Source: a bacterium (GTDB taxonomy: Bacteria > Margulisbacteria > Marinamargulisbacteria > SXXA01). From it: 58,781 nucleotides of DNA. The notes below the pieces were generated by a model. It did not search any database. It had not been told where the DNA came from and saw nothing but the letters and a program-made list of their open reading frames with translations. Positions 50,862 to 58,781 of this stretch are shown in pieces. Within the stretch, counting starts at the first letter, position 1. Each line of letters begins with the position of its first letter. Both the position numbers and the translations under genes were made by a program. Where the stretch lies: positions 1-58,781 of the forward strand of contig RHAI01000004.1 in assembly GCA_010028705.1 (NCBI GenBank), written 5' to 3'.

Positions 50862-52400
50862 TCACAATTTATTTTTGTTGGGGCCATAGTGTTCATAAAA
50901 TAGATTGCTAAACCGGGTGTCCGGGTCATATTTGTTTTTCATGGAAAAGAAATAATTAATGGATGGATAGGCGGCATGTAATTGAGCTGGAGTGTAAACC
51001 AGTTGGTAAGGCAAATAAAACGTACCGTCCAGAGAAATGGCCAGATTGATTAACTCCTGAGTTGCTTTTGTTAATCGAGCCGACTCGTCATCTGTTAATT
51101 TTTGGTTGAAATATAATACGAACGCGAATCGATCTTGAGGTGCATAACTCAACACCGAAATGGTATCACGATGAACTACCCGAAATCCCGCATTCAACAA
51201 ATTTACGTGGTTGCGCTTAACGATGTCTCTCAGGCCGTCGACAAACGGAACCATCTGGTTGGGAGGGATAAAATATTCCTGCAATATGTCCGTTCGAGGT
51301 AATCGACTATCCAGAAACGCCATGCCGCCGTACATCACTTGGTTTCTCGTTTCTAAATGCGGATATTCCCGATCGGGATTTCGGTACAATACGGGTTCCA
51401 CGTACTTCTCCAATTTCCAACGCATCCATCGACCCGACGACCCCATTTTGGACAGGTTAAAAATTAATCGTTTGAGCCACACCCGCGTTTCGGGGTACAT
51501 CGGCCGATATGTCAGGGGCTCGGGTGCCGATAAGTACGAATGAATCGCCATCTCTTTCAAAAAATTGTCTGGCGACACCGATAGCCGGCCATAGACCATT
51601 TGCACATCAGAATTCTGTTCAATATGCCTCGCATAAAAGTGAGGTAAGTCAGTATAGTTCATGTAGGTCGTCGAATGCCGGAGAAACGCGTTATCCACCA
51701 CCTCAAGCTCAGCTTCAAGTATTACCCCAAACAGCCCATATCCACCGATAATGAGGCGAAACAGTTCTGGGTTCTTGTCATGAGACACCCGAACAATGCT
51801 CCCGTCTGCCAGCATGACCTTCATCGATCGAACGGTTGACGCAATTGGGCCCGGTCGGTGGGCGACGCCGTGGCCGTTCACACTGAGCGTCCCCCCAACC
51901 GAAAAGATGGAAATCGACTGCATGGCCTTCACCGCCAATCCTTGCCGGTTTAGTGCATCCTGAATATTGACCCATGTAGCGCCACTTTGAACCGTTACCA
52001 CGCGATGTTCTTTGTCGACTCGAATGCGATTAAAGCGAGTCATGTCCAACACCAGTCCATCCCGAACCAACGTTTGACCACCCATACTATGCCGTTTTCC
52101 CGCGATACTGACTTTAAGGTGATGGTGACGCGCAAACGTCAACGCAGCCCGAACGGATGCTTCACTGTCCACATGAACCACTCCACTAACCCAGGTTTTA
52201 TTCAACCCACTCGCGTCATCAATTTGGACGCCTTGCGTGATCGACCCGCCGTCATAGTTTATTTTAGCCACTTTTGGAGGTGCGGCATTTTGGTAGATAA
52301 CGTAGGCAACGCCCAATAAAAGGCTAGCTCCAACCGCAACGGATGTTTTCCGAATCAGGGAGCGAATCATCAATGAAACATCATGGCTGAACTGAAACAT
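50862..52400 (-). CDS. FAD-binding (PCMH-type) oxidoreductase with an N-terminal TM anchor
   Basis: Motifs include FARHHHLKVSIAGKRHSMGG and the GlcD/ALO-like fold. 512 aa. Confidence 0.7.
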   Translation of the reverse strand: MFQFSHDVSLMIRSLIRKTSVAVGASLLLGVAYVIYQNAAPPKVAKINYDGGSITQGVQIDDASGLNKTWVSGVVHVDSEASVRAALTFARHHHLKVSIAGKRHSMGGQTLVRDGLVLDMTRFNRIRVDKEHRVVTVQSGATWVNIQDALNRQGLAVKAMQSISIFSVGGTLSVNGHGVAHRPGPIASTVRSMKVMLADGSIVRVSHDKNPELFRLIIGGYGLFGVILEAELEVVDNAFLRHSTTYMNYTDLPHFYARHIEQNSDVQMVYGRLSVSPDNFLKEMAIHSYLSAPEPLTYRPMYPETRVWLKRLIFNLSKMGSSGRWMRWKLEKYVEPVLYRNPDREYPHLETRNQVMYGGMAFLDSRLPRTDILQEYFIPPNQMVPFVDGLRDIVKRNHVNLLNAGFRVVHRDTISVLSYAPQDRFAFVLYFNQKLTDDESARLTKATQELINLAISLDGTFYLPYQLVYTPAQLHAAYPSINYFFSMKNKYDPDTRFSNLFYEHYGPNKNKL

Positions 52401-52408
52401 CCTCAGTA

Positions 52409-54430
52409 TTAGTTTGGGCTCACCGACGCTGACACATTGTCAGGATTAATTTGAGATTTTGTTTGCAGTTGTTGCGCGAGAAACGCCGTGAGAATATTGG
52501 ATGATCCACTATCGCCCTGAATCAGAAAATCCGGTGTAATTTTGATGTTTCCCCCGGCAATTTGTTTGACGACTTCGATTGCCGTCACACTTTCTTGGCT
52601 CAGCGCATTGTGTTGCAGCTGATAGGCTTTGGCGGTCGCCTCACCGATCGCTAATATTTTTTGACCCTCGGCCTCCCCCATCGCCGCAATTCCTTTGGCT
52701 TCCCCCTCGGCACGAATTCGCACACTTTCCGACTCGCCCTCCGCTGAACGAATGGTTTTGATTTTGGTTTGTTCGGCAATTTTTACCCCTATCTCTGCTT
52801 CAACAAGGGATTTTTGTAGCTCGGCTTCTGATCGGGTTTTTTCGGTAGCAATTCGTGTTTGTTCGGCTTTTTGTTGTTCTTCGTACATGGCTTGTTGTTG
52901 CTGGGCGATAATTTTGAATGTTTGGGTATCCATTAATTCTTGAGGCAGTTTGATTTGACAGATCAGCACTGATACACATTCAACATGGTAACGCTCAAGC
53001 TCTACCCGAGCCTTCGTCTCCGCTTTACTTTGCTCGTCTTGCCGATCTTGGAGGAAGTTCATCGCAGATGTCGATGATGCCTGGTTACGAAAACTGGAGT
53101 CGATCATGGGGTGAATGACGTGGTTAATAAGGTTGTCAATCGACCCGATTTTCGACACCATATAGGGCGCCTGTTCCGGTCGGACACGAATAATAACTTT
53201 GACCGATACACTGATTTCAAATCCGTCTCGTGAAATAACTTTGAGCGGATCGAACTTGGTATCGGATGTTTCATCCCAATCAATCGTGATGTTGGTGGTA
53301 TCCACGATATAGGCGATAAAGGCCCGACGGTTCAGATAATAAATCCCAGGTCCTGCCACCTCTCTCTGAATACCGCGATATCCTTTGGGTACAACATACC
53401 GCTCATTATGATTGAGCTGATGCTCCGGGTTGATGACGCCCAGTCCGTGAATATCTTTTTCTGTGGGTTCATTTCCAATATTGGACACCACGACGGCGAC
53501 TTGGCCCCTTTCAACTCGTGCAACATCATCCAACTCCACCTTAAACATAAATGGATTGAGGTAATAGGTGCCCGGTTTTAGCACGTCGAGTTGCGGGCCA
53601 CGTTGCCCACCTTGCCCCAAAAACGACGACACCGACTGATAATCCTGATGGGAGGGAATTGATTTGGCCACAAACTCAGTATCTGGAAGCGGACTTCCAT
53701 CTAATGCCGTGACGAGACCCACCTTTCCGGCGGGGATCACCGTCGCGGACACAATTTCAACCTTAAACATATCGGTATTGATCCGATAGGTTCCAGGAAG
53801 TAAAACGTCACTTTGGGGCCCTTTTTGACCATTTTGTTGAAGAAACGCGTCTCCATTTTGGAAATTCGAGTGATTGGAAACTTGGTGGGCCAATAGTCGA
53901 CCGTTCGGGATTTCCGCGCCATCCATTGCGGTGACGATGCCAATATTCCCGGATTCAATCACGATTGAAGGGACCGAACGGACTTTGAATAATGCCGTAT
54001 TAATGCGATAGGTTCCAGGGGGAAGGGTTTCAATTTGAGGCCCTTTTTGACCGCTATTTCTAAGGAATCCTTCGCCGTTTTGAAACGAATCATGTTGCGC
54101 AACTACATGGCCAAAAATCCGCCCTGGAGGTACCGGATTCCCGTCGATCGATTCGATTAAACCGACTTCAGCTTCGCCAATTACCGTAAATGGAATTTTT
54201 TTGACCGCATATAAAAACGGAATCAAAAAGTGTAGGCCAGGCGGGAGCGTGCGTGCCTGTACCCCAACTTCATATACTAAGGCAATAACACGATTGGACC
54301 CTATTTTCTGACCAAACCAGCGTCGCTCGACGATGGCCAACTCCTGCCCGCCGACAATGACGATCGTGTTATACAAAATAATTAGCAGGGTCAAAATCGT
54401 GAGGCCCAATTCGATCGATTGAATGGTCAT
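52409..54430 (-). CDS. SPFH/band-7 flotillin-like protein with three internal ~75-aa repeats
   Basis: It has an N-terminal TM segment. The C-terminus has flotillin-type EA-rich repeats (AEGEAKGIAAMGEAEGQKILAIGEATAKAY). Three repeats of 'FQNGxxFLxxxGQKGPQxxxLxPGTYRINTxxFKVE' sit between them. Confidence 0.7.
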   Translation of the reverse strand: MTIQSIELGLTILTLLIILYNTIVIVGGQELAIVERRWFGQKIGSNRVIALVYEVGVQARTLPPGLHFLIPFLYAVKKIPFTVIGEAEVGLIESIDGNPVPPGRIFGHVVAQHDSFQNGEGFLRNSGQKGPQIETLPPGTYRINTALFKVRSVPSIVIESGNIGIVTAMDGAEIPNGRLLAHQVSNHSNFQNGDAFLQQNGQKGPQSDVLLPGTYRINTDMFKVEIVSATVIPAGKVGLVTALDGSPLPDTEFVAKSIPSHQDYQSVSSFLGQGGQRGPQLDVLKPGTYYLNPFMFKVELDDVARVERGQVAVVVSNIGNEPTEKDIHGLGVINPEHQLNHNERYVVPKGYRGIQREVAGPGIYYLNRRAFIAYIVDTTNITIDWDETSDTKFDPLKVISRDGFEISVSVKVIIRVRPEQAPYMVSKIGSIDNLINHVIHPMIDSSFRNQASSTSAMNFLQDRQDEQSKAETKARVELERYHVECVSVLICQIKLPQELMDTQTFKIIAQQQQAMYEEQQKAEQTRIATEKTRSEAELQKSLVEAEIGVKIAEQTKIKTIRSAEGESESVRIRAEGEAKGIAAMGEAEGQKILAIGEATAKAYQLQHNALSQESVTAIEVVKQIAGGNIKITPDFLIQGDSGSSNILTAFLAQQLQTKSQINPDNVSASVSPN

Positions 54431-54909
54431 GACAAATCCTTTTGGAATCTATTTTTGTTGACAGGAATAGTAACTTTTTTGGCAAGTGTTGACCATATAT
54501 CGAATCGGTTTATTGTGGTTCTATCGCAGTTAGGCCCTGCTGACGTATGCCCGGGATCGCTGCCAAACGGAGACCTTGGTTATTATTTTTCGTTCAAAAT
54601 TCGCTGAGTAGGTCTCACTGTCGTCACCCCCTGTGTAACGAAGGCTAATCAATCTTCGGACAATGCGGCGCTTACCAAGACTGGGGATACTCGAGACACT
54701 GCAGTCGTGGAAGTAACGGCTATACCGCCCTGACGTCCTTTACAGCGTTCATTTAATACTGTTAAATTCTATCAATTCCCCGTTATTTTCAAGCGTCATA
54801 AAATCGTACACTGAAAATTTGTGTCAACATCAGCCTTTAGAAAGGGGCCTGGAACTCTATTATTCGATCGTCCGTTAGATTGATTTAGATAGGCGCGTTA
54901 TTTCATTCG

Positions 54910-56262
54910 ATGAAAACACTCGTATATAACATTGGGTTGTCACTGTTGATTTTAATTACTGTAGGGACGAGAAATACCGTCGTATATGCCATTTCATTGG
55001 CGGACGTTTCTGAATCAGCGGTTGCTCATTCGGTTGAACTCCAAAAACAAGCGAAGAGAATAGAAGCATTAGCGTGCGAAGTAACCATTGCAACATCAGA
55101 GCTGTACCCTCGATTAGATGCCCAATATAGTGCGAGTTATACCGACTATGCCGTATCCGGCCGCGATCCATTAGCAAATATTAATGTCGGAATGACTCCT
55201 GTTTTGGTCTATCCATTCCAACCATCTCGTTATAAAAACGGTGCCGATATTACTCTGACTCAGATACTCTTTGCTGGCGGAAAAATTATGGCCACGATTG
55301 ACCTGGCAAAATCTCAACTCGAACAATCCAAAATTGATTATCAAATCGCCCAGGATCAATTGTTGTCATCGGTTGCGGAGCGGTATTGGAAATGGATTTG
55401 TTCGATTGCAGAGGTGAACTATTACAAATCAGCGTTAGATAAGACTGTAGGTCAAAATCAGTCAGCTCAAGTTAGACAACAAGAAGGCCAAACAACCCCT
55501 GTTCAAGATTTAGAATTGGGGGTGTTAATCGCCAACGTTACAGAAGACTTATTGAATGCGCAAACACAATCGACCGCTGCACAAAAAGATTTAGAAAAAA
55601 TAACTCACTTATCGTTGTCGACATCACAAAATATATCCATACGGTCTTCGGCTGAAATTAAAAAGGCATGGCAGCGGCTGAATGGACTAAGTGGTATTCA
55701 GCTTGAGCAACAAAAGCAAGTATGTGTGATTGAAGGTAAAAAACTTCAACAACGAATTCAAGACAGCCGATTTTTCCCCGAAATATCATTTCAATCAGCT
55801 GTCAATTATTTCAATTTAGATAATTCCAAATTTTCATTTGATCACCTTAATTACGGCAATCTGTACGCCGGCGTAACGGTGCAATGGAATATATTTAATG
55901 GGTTTAAGGATCTCTCGTTGTCTCGAAAATCAAAACTTGAAACTGAAATTGCAGAGTTGGAATTAACACTCCAACAAGACACGGCCGCTATTGAATTATC
56001 GCACCTCACTACGACGGTTGAAACAGCAATCAAAGATGTCGACCGTACTGAACGTAGCAAATTATTGGCTGAGAAAACATATGAAGTCCAAGCCCAGAAA
56101 TATTCAGCCCATCAATTATCTAAAAATCAATTGGCTGATTCAAAAGACCTGTTACAAAAAAGCGTTCTTAATTACACCAAAGCAGCCATTAGCGCCGAAA
56201 TGGCCTTGATTAATTGGTCGAAAGAAAAACACGTTATGTTGAAATATATGGAGCAAAGATGA
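54910..56262 (+). CDS. TolC-like outer membrane efflux protein
   Basis: 450 aa. It has a signal peptide and two OEP repeats with coiled-coil regions. Confidence 0.75.
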   Translation: MKTLVYNIGLSLLILITVGTRNTVVYAISLADVSESAVAHSVELQKQAKRIEALACEVTIATSELYPRLDAQYSASYTDYAVSGRDPLANINVGMTPVLVYPFQPSRYKNGADITLTQILFAGGKIMATIDLAKSQLEQSKIDYQIAQDQLLSSVAERYWKWICSIAEVNYYKSALDKTVGQNQSAQVRQQEGQTTPVQDLELGVLIANVTEDLLNAQTQSTAAQKDLEKITHLSLSTSQNISIRSSAEIKKAWQRLNGLSGIQLEQQKQVCVIEGKKLQQRIQDSRFFPEISFQSAVNYFNLDNSKFSFDHLNYGNLYAGVTVQWNIFNGFKDLSLSRKSKLETEIAELELTLQQDTAAIELSHLTTTVETAIKDVDRTERSKLLAEKTYEVQAQKYSAHQLSKNQLADSKDLLQKSVLNYTKAAISAEMALINWSKEKHVMLKYMEQR

Positions 56263-57278
56263 GTTCCAAATCAAAATGGATTTTAGTTGTGGTAAGTGTT
56301 GCACTCAGTTGTGCATGGCTATGGCTTCAAAAAAAATCAGTCGCCCCAACTCAAACTGTATGTATAACAAAACAGTCCATTACCGCTTTTATTGTTGAAA
56401 AAGGAAGGATACAAAGCGATTCTGAACGCACTATTACGGCAAAGTCAGTGGGTATCGTAAAAGAAATTTTGGTTCGTGAAGGCGATTGGGTAAACGCGGG
56501 TCGGCCGTTAGTGGTAATGGATACGTCATTATCTCTCCAAAAACTAAAAGAGGCACAATCTAACCAGCAAATAACCGGTCTTGAGCAAACCAAAGCCAGT
56601 GAAAACGTCAGACTTCAACAACTACTATTTGTATCAGGGGCTGCTTCAAAAGCAGATGTAGATAATGCTGAGCACCAATTTAAGCTAGCAAAAACAAATC
56701 ATGAAATCAGTTTAGCCAAAACTGAAATGGCCCGTACTGAATTTAATCATCAGCAATACATAGCCGATAAACGACTACAAATTGCCAAAATTTCGGTTGA
56801 AGAAGGATCGGTTGTTTCTCCTGAAACAGTATTAATGCAGTTAATAGATCCGACACACTTAAAAGTGGATATTAGGGTAAAAGAGTTTGATGCCCCTTCG
56901 ATTAAGTTAGGCCAAATAGCATGGATTACAGCCGCAAATAGCCGTCAAAGATTATCTGGAAAAGTGGCGAGAATTCAACCTATTTTGGAAAAAATAGGTG
57001 ATACTTATTCGATGAAAGTCACGATTTGCATTTCGTCTCAAAACATCAATCTAAAACCAGGGTCTCAAGTGGATGTTCGTATTATTACCGGGGAATCCGC
57101 TCATGTTTGGGCCTTACCCTTAAGCGCGGTTTTATATGAAAATGGCGGCTATAAAGTAAAGGTAAACACCAAATCTGGAAAACCTTACTTCAAGTCAATT
57201 GAGGTCGGTCTGCAAGATATTAATTTTATCGAAGTGACTCACGGGCTATCCCCAAACGATCAGGTGCAAATATTGTGA
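56259..57278 (+). CDS. Efflux transporter periplasmic adaptor subunit (HlyD/MacA family). The start is probably the ATG at 56259, which overlaps the TolC stop as ATGA.
   Basis: It has an N-terminal TM segment, a coiled-coil hairpin and beta-barrel/lipoyl-like segments. Confidence 0.75.
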   Translation: MSSKSKWILVVVSVALSCAWLWLQKKSVAPTQTVCITKQSITAFIVEKGRIQSDSERTITAKSVGIVKEILVREGDWVNAGRPLVVMDTSLSLQKLKEAQSNQQITGLEQTKASENVRLQQLLFVSGAASKADVDNAEHQFKLAKTNHEISLAKTEMARTEFNHQQYIADKRLQIAKISVEEGSVVSPETVLMQLIDPTHLKVDIRVKEFDAPSIKLGQIAWITAANSRQRLSGKVARIQPILEKIGDTYSMKVTICISSQNINLKPGSQVDVRIITGESAHVWALPLSAVLYENGGYKVKVNTKSGKPYFKSIEVGLQDINFIEVTHGLSPNDQVQIL

Positions 57279-57988
57279 TTCAACTCGAAAAAATTACGAA
57301 ATCATATAATATTGGAGACACCATTTTACCCATAATCAATGGAATTTCCCTTTCGATTATACCCGGCGAATGGGTGAGCATTATGGGCGCCTCTGGTTCG
57401 GGAAAGTCTACTTTGCTTCATATTATGGGATGCCTTGATTCGGCGTGTTCAGGTATCTACTTATTAGATTCTACTGACGTCACCCGTTATAACTCTCAAT
57501 CCTTGGCCAAAGTTAGAAGTCAGAAAATTGGATTTATATTTCAAAGTTTCCATTTAATTCCTCATTACACGGCACTTCAAAATGTCATGCTGCCTTTAAT
57601 ATACGGTGCGGATAGAAAACGCGGACTAAATTATTTGCCGGATATTTTTAAGAAAACACGCGTACAAACTAACGCGATTGAAACGGCTAGAGTCCTCCTA
57701 ACACACGTTGGGTTACGCCATCGTCTCAACCACTTGCCCGCTGAACTATCGGGTGGCGAACGTCAGCGTGTTGCAATCGCCCGAGCGTTAGTAAACGACC
57801 CAGACTTGATTTTGGCTGATGAGCCTACCGGTAATTTAGATTCTGAATCGGGTCATGCCATTTTAGACTTGCTGAAATCGATTCATGCGAGTGGCAAAAC
57901 GATCGTGATGGTTACCCACGATCAGACTATTGCAAAGCAATCTCAACGAGTCATTCGTCTTAAAGATGGGTTAATTACTAATGTTTAA
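57275..57988 (+). CDS. ABC transporter ATP-binding protein, MacB/LolD-like
   Basis: It has Walker A GASGSGKST, the signature LSGGERQRVAIARAL and Walker B LILADEPTGNLD. Confidence 0.9.
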   Translation: MIQLEKITKSYNIGDTILPIINGISLSIIPGEWVSIMGASGSGKSTLLHIMGCLDSACSGIYLLDSTDVTRYNSQSLAKVRSQKIGFIFQSFHLIPHYTALQNVMLPLIYGADRKRGLNYLPDIFKKTRVQTNAIETARVLLTHVGLRHRLNHLPAELSGGERQRVAIARALVNDPDLILADEPTGNLDSESGHAILDLLKSIHASGKTIVMVTHDQTIAKQSQRVIRLKDGLITNV

Positions 57989-58781
57989 TTCAATATTTGG
58001 AATGGCTGTTCATAATTTAAAACTTAATCGCCATCGAAGCATCCTTGCTATGCTTGGAATTATTGTCGGAATCTTGGGGGTGATGATAATCGGCATTGTC
58101 AGCACCAATGGGAAAAAACTCATTTTTGATGAAATTAAGACTTTTGGATTACAAACCATTTGGATTTATCGAGATAATCCAGACACTAGCCAAATTGTTA
58201 CAGGTGGAACTGGGATTACCTGGCAAGATGTTCAGGTGCTATCAAAGCAGCTTAAGCATATAAAGGCTATTTCGGGAGTGATCGAAAATCAAATAATAGT
58301 TCATGACGAAAATCAAGCAGTATCAGCACGAGTACAATACGTTCAACCTTCCTTTTTTGGAATTGAAAATGACTCCATTTTATCAGGAAGACTATGGACT
58401 CAGTCTGAATTTGAAGCAGCAAGACCATTTTGCGTCATTGACCAAGAGTTGTCTGAGAAGTTATTTGGACAAAATTCCCCTGTAGGTAAATCACTGTTAG
58501 TGGGGGATTTAAACTGTCAAATCATAGGCATACTCGCTAAAAAAGATCGAGATATTTTAAAAAGTATTGGGGTGGGCACTCAAAAAAGCGGACGCATTGT
58601 CCTCCCAATATCGATTGCGCTGAATACCTTTGATATTCAAGATATTGATTATATTCAATTGGCCGCTATCACCACCCAAGATTCTGATTTAGCCGTAGCT
58701 GAAACGTTAAGATGGTTGAATCAACTGCACTATAACCAGTTCAAGTACACCCACTTAGCCATGAGCCAATATATTCATTCT
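57981..58781 (+). CDS. ABC transporter permease (MacB/FtsX family), 3'-partial at the window end
   Basis: The ATG at 57981 overlaps the upstream stop. An N-terminal TM segment is followed by a periplasmic MacB-like domain. The frame is open to the end of the window. Confidence 0.7.
   Translation, partial: MFNSIFGMAVHNLKLNRHRSILAMLGIIVGILGVMIIGIVSTNGKKLIFDEIKTFGLQTIWIYRDNPDTSQIVTGGTGITWQDVQVLSKQLKHIKAISGVIENQIIVHDENQAVSARVQYVQPSFFGIENDSILSGRLWTQSEFEAARPFCVIDQELSEKLFGQNSPVGKSLLVGDLNCQIIGILAKKDRDILKSIGVGTQKSGRIVLPISIALNTFDIQDIDYIQLAAITTQDSDLAVAETLRWLNQLHYNQFKYTHLAMSQYIHS

Noticed and set aside
1-58781. CRISPR arrays, tRNA/rRNA genes, transposases or integrases
   Set aside because: No regularly spaced direct repeats, no tRNA-like cloverleaf signatures and no recognisable transposase or integrase ORFs were seen in any intergenic or coding region.

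Overview
This 58.8-kb window is a mostly chromosomal stretch from a moderate-GC bacterium. FtsZ, ClpC and a dapF-adjacent LL-DAP-type aminotransferase resemble cyanobacterial-lineage forms, possibly a non-photosynthetic relative. That placement is tentative, because it rests on remembered homologues rather than a search. Recognisable housekeeping genes are dapF, clpC, radA, uvrA, hisH, rlmB, aroK, ftsZ, leuCD, trmH, rarA, menA-like, prc, a PAS histidine kinase, and a TolC/HlyD/MacB efflux operon at the 3' end.

Unusual content: (1) a 5'-truncated giant tail-fibre-like repeat protein at 1..4470. (2) Two decayed genes: a gmd remnant and a frame-broken dapL-like aminotransferase. (3) The best candidate for an undescribed system, a tightly coupled eight-gene plus-strand operon at 10201..17603. 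It opens with an 88-aa protein that has a consensus SD and a perfect intrinsic terminator directly downstream, followed by two tandem paralogous ~110-aa proteins, four proteins with no recognisable domains (820, 281, 78 and 594 aa; two have low-complexity or highly charged termini), and an orphan FlgE/FlgG-family rod/hook-like protein. (4) A SiaB/SiaC-like partner-switching pair. (5) A CDGSH + JAMM/MPN pair inside the uvrA–aroK gene string. (6) A 698-aa unknown protein behind a ~490-nt leader. (7) An SPFH/flotillin-like protein with three internal ~75-aa repeats.

No tRNA, rRNA, CRISPR array or transposase was recognisable.
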